Below are positions 24,931 to 37,057 of a stretch of 64,000 nucleotides of DNA, in pieces. The DNA is from Octopus sinensis (Eukaryota). Under the pieces are notes generated by a model. The model was not told where the DNA came from. It made no database searches and worked only from the letters and a program-made list of their open reading frames with translations. The stretch spans positions 164,610,001 to 164,674,000 of the forward strand of contig NC_042999.1 of NCBI RefSeq assembly GCF_006345805.1, read 5' to 3'. The position numbers and the translations under genes are program-made. Numbering within the stretch: the first letter of the stretch is position 1; each line of letters opens with the position of its first letter.

Positions 24931-26880
24931 ATGTAACCAGCAAGCCTCTACAGAGAAGTGAACCTTGTGCCTCTCAAATTCCAGCTGAGTGCTCCGTTGT
25001 GTGTTTATTTTGAATGCAAATAAAAATAGCCCACACGAAATTGGTGTTATTCTAGATAATGCAAGCAAATGAAATGAACTGGTCAAACAGACCCACCAAA
25101 CTGATGCCATTATGAAAAAGCTTTTGAAGTACTGATGGAAAAAATAAATTTTAAAAACTGATGAATAAATGCATATACAATTTCATGATGTTATTGATCA
25201 GTTTACTAGAAAAATATCTATTGATTTTTGTACTATGGATGCTTCTAAACTTATTAGTATTATTGGATTGTTTGGCATTCTAGAAGCTGCTCGTCTGACT
25301 TAGCAGTGTGCACCATTGTAACATGACATCAGAGCAGACTGGAGAAAGAGAGTAATAAAAACTGTGAGAAAGACTCGAGGTTGAAGGAGAGAAAATAATT
25401 TAGCAGAGACACATGACAATCATGACAACCAGTGGTGGACTGGCCAGGTTGCCAGTTTGCCCGATGGTAAGTGGACCCCTGCACCATTAGAATCCATATA
25501 TGGGGGCCCATGTTAGTATCTAAGGGGTCCATCCCTCAAGTTTGAGAATTTTTTATTCACTCCTGGAAGAATGCATTAATTATTTCAGCCTGGCTGTGTT
25601 TGTAGACAGTTGAAAAGAATACTTTTAACGCAAAAAAAAAAAAAATTAAATGATAGCATCGTAGTTGTGGGTGGGGCCTCTTAGTCTTCTGGCAAACAAT
25701 ATTTTTAGACCCAGTCCAGCACTGAGGATGACAATGGTGATGATAATGATGATGCGATGGAGATGATGCAGTTTCAAAGAAATTGCCGTTGTCCAGCCCA
25801 GAACACAAAGTCAACTCAATGCTTTTGTGCAGTGAGTTGATCTCTGCTAAATGGTGGTTCATGTCATTGGTAGGCAAAGGAAATCCTGCACTTTTTCTAC
25901 CATAGTACATCTGCAGAGGATGAAACAGCAGAGAGAGAGGGGGAGAGAGAGAGAAAGAGGGATAGAGAGGGAGGGAAACCCATGAGTCAGTGTGGCTGTT
26001 GCAACAGATCTCCCTCACCATCCTCCAGGGCAACACTTTTTTCTATTTTGTCTGCTGGGACCATGAGGCAATCTGAATTACAGGAAATTGAGAGAAAGGA
26101 AGAATTTATGATTGATCCTCAGCTTTGATCAACCATTCCTGTTGCAAACTATGATAGCACACATATATTATCTAATGGTAAATACACGTATTTATCTGCT
26201 GCACGTCAAAACCATATCCAAAAAGAAAGGTAATGATAGATAAGTGATAACGATAATGAGCATTGCAAGAGGGGGAGACAGAGATTCGCAATTGCCATCA
26301 CTGCTAATTTGATGATGCAACTGCTTCAGTAATACATCTAGAAATATGAATGTGCATACGTGCATGAGCATGCGTGCCTGTATGTGTTCAGTCCTCCTTT
26401 AATACATCTTATAACTACATCCCCTGTGTTGTAAAGCAAAAGCTCTCAAAATTTTGTTTTGTCAATGTGAAGCAGCTTTAATAAAAAATAGACTTTTCAC
26501 AGCAACTCGAGGTTAATTTAATCTTTTCATTATCTTCTTTCTGACAACCTGACTAATCATCTCTTGCCTGGACAATCCAGTAATTCCTACTATCAGTGAC
26601 AACAAATTATATATTAGCACTATTCTCTTGGTCATTATTTAGTTTTGTGTATTGTTTCCTGCGATAATGAAGTATCATTATCATAGCTGCTAACTTGCTC
26701 CAAGTTAATTTCCCTGACAAACAACAACCTCAACATACTGCCTCATTAACTTGTCACTAATCTGGCTTCTCTCAGATACTAAATGACTGTTTAGTGATCT
26801 AAAGCAACACATACACTTATTTACAGTTTATAAATACACATACACACTTGACAATATGTGTAACTGTGTGTGTCTGTGTG

Positions 26881-26913
<33 letters not shown>

Positions 26914-26930
26914 ATGTATGTATATATGTA

Positions 26931-27582
26931 CAGATGTGGTGTGCAAGAGAGATGACAGTGCTGATATGGTAATGTGTTGCATATAGATGAGGACAGCTGT
27001 GTGAAGTATCACACCCTAACAACGGAGGAAACCTGTGGAAGAGGTAGACCTATGAAGACATAGAATGAGGTGGTGAAGCATGACCTTTGAACGTTGGGTC
27101 TCACAGAGGTAATATCAAGTGACCGAGACCTTTGGAGATATGCTGTACCTGAGAAGACCTGGCAAGCCAAGTGAGATTGTAGCCATGGATGATGCCAGTG
27201 TTGCATAACCAGCCCATTTAAAAATACCCTTCAATCATTGGGCAATATGCCATGCTTGTGAAGACCTGTTGAACCAAGTGAAATTGTAGTTGTGGCAATG
27301 CCAGTACTACCTGACTGGTTCTTGTGCCAGTGGAACATAAAGAGCACCATTTGAGTGTGGCCAATGCAAGTTCTGCCTGACTGGCTCCTGTGCTGATGGC
27401 ACATAAAAAGTAACCACTACACTCTTGGAGTAGTTGGTGCTAGGAAAGGCATCCACCTGTAGAAACCTTTTCTAAATCAGATTGGAGCCTGGTGTGGCCT
27501 CCCAGCTCACCAGTCCTCAGTCAAACTGTCCAACCCATGCTAGTATGGAAAATGGATGTTAAACAATGATGATGATAATGAT
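26931..27582 (+). mobile_element. RTE LINE 3' fragment
   Basis: Decayed [18 protein letters not shown] coding end, 3' UTR and (GAT)n tail. Confidence 0.85.
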
Positions 27583-27649
27583 ATATATTTATATAGACAC
27601 ACATGCACACACAAATATATATATATATAATATATATATATATATTATA

Positions 27650-27849
27650 TAGGGGTATCTGTGAGACACCACCATGCCGAAATAGCAGTCAAACCCTGAC
27701 TCTAAGAACCACGTTAAATGTTCATATCGCACCATGAGATAAGACAGAGAGACAAAAAATAAACTAGCAAAAAATATTACTGGAAAATTCAAGATCCTGG
27801 ATTTCTAGCTTTGCTTCAAAAGCATGGTGGTGTCTCTCAGATACCCTTA
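27650..27849. mobile_element. 200-bp MITE
   Basis: 28-bp TIRs taggggtatctgtgagacaccaccatgc / gcatggtggtgtctctcagataccctta (26/28). Superfamily not assigned. Confidence 0.8.
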
Positions 27850-27979
27850 TTTATAGTTGTAAAAAAAATTATTACCCTTGTATGGTATTTATTCCCATGC
27901 TGGCCACTTGATAAGATCGATATTTAAATATCGATATTATCCTTCTTTATAAATTTATATATATTTATATATATGCCAA

Positions 27980-28300
27980 TGGACTGCAGGAAATCTAGGG
28001 CACCACCTTGAAAGGTTTTAGTCAAAGGAATAAGCCTGGTATTTTTTCTATTGGTCTCTTTCACCAAACTGCTAAGTTATAGGGATGCAAATAAACTAGT
28101 ACTGGTTGCCAAACGGTGGTAGAGAGGACAAACACAAAGACACACACACACACACATATATGCTTCTTTAAGGTCCTGTCTACCAAATTTACAAAAGAAA
28201 GGATTTGGTTGGGTCAGGATAGAAGACATCTGCTCAAGGTGCCACCCAGTGGGAGTGAAGTTGGGAAACAAACTTCTTATCACACAGCCACACCTGCACC
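27980..28300 (-). mobile_element. SINE family A
   Basis: Similar to the reverse complement of 14483-14871. Confidence 0.75.
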
Positions 28301-28489
28301 GCAGTATATATTATCTGACTGCCTGTCTTTCTATCAACAGACACACACATCATCATATGTACGTATATACATACATACACACACACATGTATGTATATAT
28401 GTTTATACACACACACATACACACACACACACATATATATATAACCTAATAAATTTGAGTCACATCACATCAATCATGAAATGTAACAC

Positions 28490-29300
28490 ATCATCATCAT
28501 CATCATCGCTTAACGTCCGTTTTCCCTAGTGGCATGGGTTGGACGATTTTGACTGGCAAACCAGATGGCTGCACCAGGCTCCAATCTGATCTGGCAGTAT
28601 TTCTACAGCTGGATGCCCTTCCTAATGCCAACCACTCCAAGAGTGTAGTGGGTGCTTTTATGTGCCACTGGCACAAAGGCCAGTCAGGCCATGCTCAAAA
28701 GGCCATGCTCAAATGGTATTTTTTACGTGCCACCTGCACAGGAGCCAGTTCGGCAGCAATGGCAATGACCTCGCTCAAATGTTTTTCACGTGCCACCAGC
28801 ATTTTTACGTGCCACCGGCACGGAAGTCCCTCAGCTGCTCTGGCAACAATCACGCTCAGATAGTGCTCTTAGCGCTCCACTGGCAAAGGTGCCAGTTATT
28901 GAATTTAATTCGATTTCGATTTCACTTGCCTCAACAGGTCTTCACAAGCAGAGTTTAGCATTCAATGAAGGAAAGACACGCATAAGTGGGCTGGTTACAC
29001 ACCTGTCATAGGCCACAGGTTATGGTCTCACTTGGCTTGCCAGGTCTTCTCACACACTGCATATTTCCAAAGGTCTTAGTCACTAGTAATTGCTGCTGTG
29101 AGGCCTAATGTCCAAAGGTCGTGCTTCACCACCTCATCCCAGGTCTTCCTGGGTCTATCTCTTCCACAGGTTCCCTCAACCGCTAGGGTGTGGCATTTTT
29201 TCACACAGCTACCCTCATCCATACTTGCCAGATGACCATACTAGTGTAGTTGACTCTCTTGCACACCACATCGGAAGCTTCTTGGGTCCAACTTTTCTCT
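28490..29300 (-). mobile_element. RTE LINE 3' fragment
   Basis: Reverse complement of the RTE coding end and 3' UTR, beginning with (CAT)n. Confidence 0.85.
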
Positions 29301-29342
29301 CATCCATCTGTTTACATTCATATCTATATACATACATATATC

Positions 29343-29390
<48 letters not shown>

Positions 29391-29428
29391 TCATATATAT
29401 ATATGTACACACACACACACACTCACAC

Positions 29429-29461
<33 letters not shown>

Positions 29462-29473
29462 TGCATATATATA

Positions 29474-30021
29474 CATATGTCTACATAGCAGCCCGCTAAC
29501 TATTCTACCTCTGTGTGTGTGTGTGTATGTATATATATATATATATATATGTGTGTGTATATAAACTGTAGGTATAGGGGTATACCTACCTACTATGTAT
29601 ATTCCCTATTTTGTACTAGGGATGTTTCATTTATGAGGATGTACTCCTGTATTTGTCTGAGTGTTGGGTCCTTTGGGTGCTTGGATAAAATGTAGATGTC
29701 AAATTGACCTAAGTTTCCCCATGTTGGTAGAGTATGGTTTTTGTCATCATATTGTCTCAAAACAATATGACAACAACATGATGACAAAAAACAGTTGTCC
29801 ATACTCTACCAACATGCCAAAGACCAACATGGAGGTAATCTGGGTCAACTTGACATCTACATTTTATCCAACCAACGCTCAGATGAATACAGGAGTACAT
29901 CCTCATAAATGAAACATCCCCAGTACTAAATAGGAAGTATACATAGTAGGTAGCCATACCCCTATACCCAATGTTTATATATACAGGTAGAATAGTTAGT
30001 GGGCTGTTATGCAGACGTATG
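29474..30021. mobile_element. Fold-back MITE, ~550 bp, nearly spacerless
   Basis: The left half (cagcccgctaactattctacct...ggatgtttcatttatgaggatgtactcctgtatt...) is the reverse complement of the right half, about 85% by eye. Confidence 0.85.
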
Positions 30022-30644
30022 CAAGTATGTGTGTACATATGTGTGTGCATATATATGTATATACGTATATATGTGTGTGTCTGTGTGAGTGTGCATATAT
30101 ATGTATGTAAATGGATATGAATGTAAACAGACAGACATACAGACGGATAGGTACATAGGTAATATGGACAGACACACACCTACATACACAAATGAAGACT
30201 GAAACACATGACCATATACACACACACTTCACACAAGGACTCATATGGAGACCATATGGAGACACACATCCATACATAACAAATGCATGTACATACACAT
30301 AAATGCCCATACACAGGCAAACTCAGACATGCACACACGAGGAGACAGAGGTACACACACACACACACATGCGAACATACACACACACACACATGTGCAC
30401 AAACAAATATAAAGAACGCAGCTTTACACAAAACCATACTATTCACCAGAACAGCCTTCCACACTACATTAACTATAATCTGGTTGCTTGTTCTGTCAAA
30501 AATGGCAGTCAAATCTTCCTCAAATCATAACCTACAAATTTTTTTCTCAGAAAAGAATATATTGCATGGTGCTACATTAGCACATGGTCTACTGCAGTAT
30601 CTGTAGACTACACTGTGAAATGGCTTGACTGGTCTGAGTTATGA

Positions 30645-30717
30645 TTAGGATTAGGGTTAAAGGTTAGGGTTAAGATTAGGTCAAGGTCTAGGGCTTAGGT
30701 TAGGAGTTAGGGTTAGA
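30645..30717. repeat. Degenerate TTAGGG/TTAGG-like repeat
   Basis: ttagggttaaaggttagggttaagattagg...ttaggagttagggttag. Confidence 0.7.
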
Positions 30718-31169
30718 TTGCATGCTAAAATGTAAATGGGCAGGTGAACAAGCTGAAGTGGCACTCATTATATAATGTAATCTTAAGATACACCTTATTA
30801 AAATAAACACAGGATGGTCAAGGCTGGAATATGCTTTTTTTTTTATTGCTTGACCAAAACTGAACAGGGGGTAAACAACACCAACAAAAACAAAAGAGAG
30901 CTTCCTCTACATAAACTAATATAAATATCCTCTGACTCTTCTTCAGCCCTTTCCCTACTGTGTTCCAGATGGACACAGAGGATAATGTTAATCTGGGTAT
31001 GGCTGAAATAGCCACTACTCATAGATCTGTCTGCCCCTTTAGGGTTGACCTGTAGTTAAATAAAACAGCATAAACATTACACTTCCTCACACTATGTTAC
31101 ATTCAACAAACCATACAGCACTGAACTAAAAAAGAAAAGCATAAAAACAAAAGAAAAAAACTTAGTCCT

Positions 31170-32070
31170 TTCTGAATCAATACTATAACCACTAACTCTA
31201 CCACTGTCACTACCATGACAAACACTGCCAACACTATCATCACCATATACCCCTACTATTCCCCTACTATGACCATCATGACTGATCACTCTCACTACTA
31301 CCACTATTACACTTAACATAACTATTACACTTTTACAATGACCATTACTATTCCTGCTGCTTTCAAAAACACCACTACCAATGCCATTATCACCACCACC
31401 ACATCTACTCCTACCATCACTATGATGCTATCACCAGCTGCTACAAAGTATGAAAACAGATCCTCCACCCAGCTCCTCCACCCACACATCCACAATCACA
31501 CTTGTTACAGCTTTGATCCAGATTTTAATTGATTATATATTTAAAGTAGAAATATAGTTAAAAGAGAAAGAAGTGAATGGTGGTGGTGGTGGTGGTAGTG
31601 AAAAGGATAATGGTTTGGTGAATGATGTGTCAATGGTATTGACAGTGGTGGTGGTGGTGGTGGTGGTAGTTATGTAATGTTAATGGTGAAGAGACTGATA
31701 AAGAATTGGTGAATGATGCTGATGTTGATGTTGATGAGACTAAATAATAATGACTTGGTGAATGACTGGGGTAATTGATGTAGTGGTGGTTGTGTTGGTG
31801 GTTGAAGTTGTGGTAGTGGTTGTTGTAATGGTGGTGATGGTTGTGGTGGTTGTAGTTGTGGCAGTTGTGGTGATAGTTACAGTGGTTTTAGTGATGGTTG
31901 CAGTGGTAGTGGTGGTGGTAGTGATGGTAGTGGTTATGGTTGCAGTTGCAGTGGTCATGGTTGCACTAATGGCGGTTATAGTTGTGGTAATGGTTGTAGT
32001 GGTGGTGGTGGTTGTTGTGATAGCAGTTGTGGTGGTTATGATAGTAGTGGTAGGTGTGGCAATGAAATGA
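31170..32070. repeat. Cryptic trinucleotide repeats (ACC/ACT, then GGT/GTT/GAT)
   Basis: Direct reading. These explain the poly-Val and poly-Thr ORFs. Confidence 0.85.
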
Positions 32071-32590
32071 TGTCAGGAGACTGAACACTACAACATCCAA
32101 CAATTACTTACACAGCACAACAGTGAGACGCTGTTCCTTATCTGGAGAGAGGGCCGCTATTATAGAGACACCTGAACCCTTAGTATTCATAGGATTCTGT
32201 CAAATATATTGCTTATTAATTCATATCGCTGTGACTTAATCATTCATTATCTCACAGCTTCACGATTTTAATAATGTGATTGTTTCTTTTCAGAATGACA
32301 TTGCAAGGTAGGTGTGAGAGACCAGATCTGGCTGGTTTGAACAGAAAACAGGTAGAATATTCTGGTCAGATATGGCCAGATTAAATGCTAAAGAGTTAAG
32401 GTGATGAGCACGCAGAATTGTTAGCACAATAGGTGCAGGTGTGGCTGTGTGGTAAGAAGCTTGCTTCCCAACCACATAGTTCCAGGTTCAGTTCCACTGC
32501 ATGGCACTTTGTTTTCTAATATAGCCTCGGGCTGACCAAAGCCTTGTGAGTGGATTTGGTAGACGAAAATTGAAAGAAACCCATCATATA

Positions 32591-32632
<42 letters not shown>

Positions 32633-32663
<31 letters not shown>

Positions 32664-32788
32664 TTAGTGTCCACTTTCCATGCTAGCATGGGTTGGATGG
32701 TTCAACTGGGGTCTGGGAAGCCAGAAGGCTGCACCAGGCCCAGTCTGATCTGGCAATGTTTCTACGGCTGGATGCCCTTCCTAACGCC
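32633..32788 (-). mobile_element. RTE 3' tail fragment
   Basis: (CAT)n followed by ttccatgctagcatgggttgga. Confidence 0.85.
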
Positions 32789-32806
32789 AATATATATATG
32801 TGTATG

Positions 32807-33020
32807 TGACCTCGTGAGTACCGCTGGCGATTTTTTTTCTCTGTCTTCCCTTCTCGGGATCTTTCCTTCTCCTATGTTTCCGACAAAGAGCTCCGCTCGA
32901 AACGTTAAACCCTCCTTCTTCCCTTCTTTCCTGAGCGTCCAATAATACTTTATTTGTTCCATGTCCTTGCGCTGTTGTGTTTTTTTGGGGTTTTTTTTAT
33001 GTTTTCTTGTTTGGATTAAC
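32807..33020 (+). mobile_element. Penelope-like terminal fragment with a decayed hammerhead motif
   Basis: gttt-ccgacaa-a-gagc tcc gctc-gaaa-cg-tt-aaac at 32876-32910, flanked by (TA)n. Confidence 0.55.
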
Positions 33021-33259
33021 TATATATATATATATATGTATGTATGTATATGTATATATTTGAGTGTCTCTGTGCTTGTCCCTCCACCATCACTTCACAA
33101 CCAACGCTGGTGTGTTTACGTCCCCATAACTTAGCAGTTCAGCAAAAGAGACTGATAGAATAAGTATTAGGCTTACAAAAAATAATTTGTTTGACTAAAG
33201 ATGGTGCTCCAGCATGGCCGCAGTCAAATGCCTGAAACTAGTAAATGACTAAATGACAC

Positions 33260-33450
33260 TGGAGAAAATGTGTAGAGGTATTTCTTCCAGTTTTACACTC
33301 TGAGTTCGAATTCTGTCGAAGTCATCTTTGCCTATCATCCTTTTGGCAGGGTCAATAAAATAAATAAGCACCAGCACTGGGGTTGGTTGATATCCAGTCC
33401 CTCCCTCAAATATTTCAGGCCATGTGCCTACAGTAGAAAGGTTTATACAG
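33260..33450 (+). mobile_element. SINE family B
   Basis: ctctgagttcgaattc...tcaataaaataaataagcaccag. Confidence 0.7.
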
Positions 33451-33859
33451 ATATGTTCAAAAACTGAGCCCCTGATTAGTATGAAGTTGCTCAATGGCAC
33501 ACTCCAGCCCCAAGCTTACAGAAGTACCGTCTCTTCACTTTTCCTCCTTGATTATTACTATTGTGACCTCTGCCTCTTGGAATAGAGACCTCAAGAGCAG
33601 AGTGGAATTGTAACAGACATAGTCCCACCCCCATTCATGAGATGGAACTCTGAATCATTTATATTGCCTCCATTCATCCGTCATATTGAAACCCACCCCA
33701 CCACATCCAAATCTCCAACACTAACTACTTTTTCCCACCAAATCTTTCATTCTCAGAATGTCAGACTTCTGGAATTCCTGATTTGATGACTTATTTCTTA
33801 CAACCACTAACTGCCAAATGTTATTAAAAAATTAATCAAAATATAAAAACAAAATAAAA

Positions 33860-34340
33860 TGTGTGTGTGTGTATGAGTGTGTCTTCATGTAAATTTTGTC
33901 CTCCCCACCACCACCACCACTACTAGACAACTGGTATTGATGTGTTTATGTCCCTGTAACTAAGTGGTTCAGTGAAAGAGCATGACAGAATAAGTGACAG
34001 GCCTTAAAAACAAAGTACTGGGATCAATTAATTCAATTGAAAATTCTTCAAAGCAGTGCCCCAGCATGGCCACCACAGTCTAATGACAGAAACAAGGAAA
34101 CAATAAAAGACAAAAGATATGTGTCTTTGCATCTGTCTTGTCCCTCACCACAGCTTGACAACAGATGTTGTGGTTACGTCACCATGACTTAGTGGTTTGG
34201 CAAAAGAGATTGATAGGATAAGTACCAAGCTTCTAAGCAAAAACAAACAAAAAAATAAATACTGAGATTGATTCATTTGACTAAAAATCCTTTAACGCAG
34301 TGCTCCAGCATAGCCTTAGTCTAATGACTGAAAAAAGTAG
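33860..34340 (+). mobile_element. Two tandem SINE family A 3' halves
   Basis: Two copies of the gataagt...cagcat(g/a)gcc...ctaatgac tail. Confidence 0.7.
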
Positions 34341-34694
34341 ATGAAAAAGTAGATGGTTGATAAATAAAACAGTCCCTCTAGCTTCAAAGGTCCTTTCCTC
34401 TAATCTAAATTCTTAAAAAAAAAAGTTTTTCGGTGAGTGATGAAATAATGATATCGATGTTGGTGAGGAGACTGATAATAGCTTGAATAAAAGTGTGATG
34501 ATATTGGCAGTGCTGCTGATAAAGAGATGGTGATGATGGTGATGATAGTGGCATTAGTGGGATGGGGGGACGGGTTGTTGAGCCACGGACTGGAAACAGG
34601 CCAAAAAAGCTGGAAAAGATATTTTACTTTTCACCTGCTACTTTTCCAACATCTCTTAAATATCTTGCAACTGTACCATGTATACACACACATA

Positions 34695-34733
<39 letters not shown>

Positions 34734-35369
34734 AACATGCATGTGTATGTATGTATGTATGTATGTATGTACACACACACATATAGATAGATAGATAGAT
34801 AGATAAACGGATGTGTGTATATATACATACATGTATGTGTATATATATATATAGATAGATATAGATATTTATCTATCTATTTATAAATATGTGTGTGTGT
34901 GTGTATGTGTGTGTGTATATATATATAAAAGAGAAATTAGTCCATTGAATTGGCAGCAGGGTGAAAGAGGAATGAAAACGTGTAATGAGATCTGACTAGC
35001 AGACCCAGAAAGATAATGGTCATCCAACAAGAGACCTGGCCCAATGATAGAAGATGAAAAGAGAAAAAACTCCCAAAGAAGCAAACAGCCCAAAGATTCT
35101 TGTTAGAAACAACTTGATTACTCAAAAGATAAAAGTAGTCAATACTACAAAAATGATTTCTATACAATAATTTGAGATTAGCTATAAATAATTGATGACC
35201 AGACATAGATACTTTAGAAGACTTTGGGACCAGAATGTGTGAATAGAAAGCCATTACTGCAAGTAATTTTTCAATGGAAGAATAAACAAGAAATCTGAAA
35301 AGTTGTGAAACAATTTGAATAACATGCTGATTTGTGGCTATGCTGAAAGGTTTAGTTTACTTTGAAAGG

Positions 35370-35660
35370 TTTAGTTGCTCAAATTGACCCCAGTATACTT
35401 TTAAGTTTGGTTCTTAATCTATTGGTCATTTTAGCTAAACTGCTAAGTTACAGGCATGTAAACAAACCAACACCGGTTGTCAACTTTTGGGTGAGAAGGA
35501 CAATACACACATACACACACACACGATGGGCTACCACTGAGGTTACACCTTCCTATAGCCTGGGGCTATAGTAAAATACACTTGCCCAAGGTTCTGCGCA
35601 GTGGGACTGAACCTGAAACTATGTGGTTGCAAAGTGAGCTTCTTAACCACACAGCCTAGT
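35370..35660 (-). mobile_element. SINE family A (internally deleted)
   Basis: Similarity to family A. Confidence 0.7.
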
Positions 35661-36439
35661 ATGGTGTGATATTCAAGTTATTTAAAACATTCCAAAAATA
35701 TAAATAAAAAAATAAAAAATCGTTTCTTCTATAGGAACAACACCTGATACTTTGTGGGTAGGGAGTGGCTAGTTAATTGCATTGACCCCAAAAGGACAAA
35801 AGGCAAAGTCAACCACAGTGGAACTTGAACTCAAAACATAAAGAATCCATAAAGCATTTTGTCCAGCATGCCAGTGGTTCTGGCAGCTTGCTGCCTTTTA
35901 TCAGTTTGTCAAAATAAGATAAGATTCTGTTTCTGAAATCAGAAGTAATTAAAATTTAACCTTTCTCTAGAAGTTAATAAGCCTTACAACACAGAAATGG
36001 GTTTTTAATTTACATGTCATGGATGGAGAAAGGTTGACTTGTTCCCTTCCTGAGAAAACAAACTTCACTGAAGAAAGGAATCAGGAGGTTAACCACTCTT
36101 CTGACTCTTCTGACCCGATTTATAACAAGAATAGATTACCTTTGTGTTTCAATTAGTTTTCAAAATAATCAAGAATCCAGAAAGGGTTTTAGCTTCTTTT
36201 TTTTTGTTTCCTTTTTACTTTTTTGGTACTTATCAGATGTAAATTACAGCTACATGAGTCATATGTTAAACTACAGTCCAGAAGGTTGATGGTTCATACT
36301 CTATCAATGGTACTGAGATGAATCTATGTCTTAAACACTTGCTTTTCTCTAGCACAGTCACTCTAGCTGTACATAAGTTTATAAGATCATAATAATCCAA
36401 GCAATGAAACTTGTTTTTAATATTACATTTGCATTGCAA

Positions 36440-36655
36440 AGCGGTGGGCTGTCAGAATTGTTAGCACACCAGGCAAAATGCTTAGTAACATTTTATCCAT
36501 CTTTCTGTTCTGAGTTCAAATTTCACTGAGGTCAACTTTGACTTTCCTCCTTTCGAGGTCAATAAAATAAATACCAGCAGAGCACTGGGGTCGATGTAAT
36601 CGACTTTCCCACTCCCCCAAAATTGCTGGCCTTGTGCCAAAATTTGAAACCAATA
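36440..36655 (+). mobile_element. SINE family B
   Basis: Similar to 61190-61423. Confidence 0.8.
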
Positions 36656-36989
36656 TATGTATTTACATCCATATTTTGTTTCAATAAAGTTGATATCAAA
36701 TTATTACCAGATACTTTGTTCTTAAATGGGTATACAATACAAGATGGTTTTTTAAACTAAAAACCTATATTTCTAAGCTGAGTCATTTCTAAGTAAAACC
36801 CACTGGGCACAAAGGATAAAGCAACAGAAGTGAAATATAAAGCTTCATTAGGTGATGTGAGAAAATTATTTAAAAGAAACTGTAGAATTAGTTTATTTCA
36901 ATAGATATCAGTAATTTTGTAGTCATAACTGACTATCCCATCATTCCTATTTCCAGCCTCTAAATATTTTGTATACACACACACACACA

Positions 36990-37057
<68 letters not shown>

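Larger units (their letters stand above)
32432..33250 (+). mobile_element. SINE family A split at its internal TA tract by two insertions
   Basis: 5' half at 32432-32586 and 3' half at about 33060-33250. Confidence 0.8.

Noticed and set aside
31740-32070. Poly-Val and poly-Thr ORFs resembling mucin
   Set aside because: Cryptic trinucleotide repeat with no splice or codon support.
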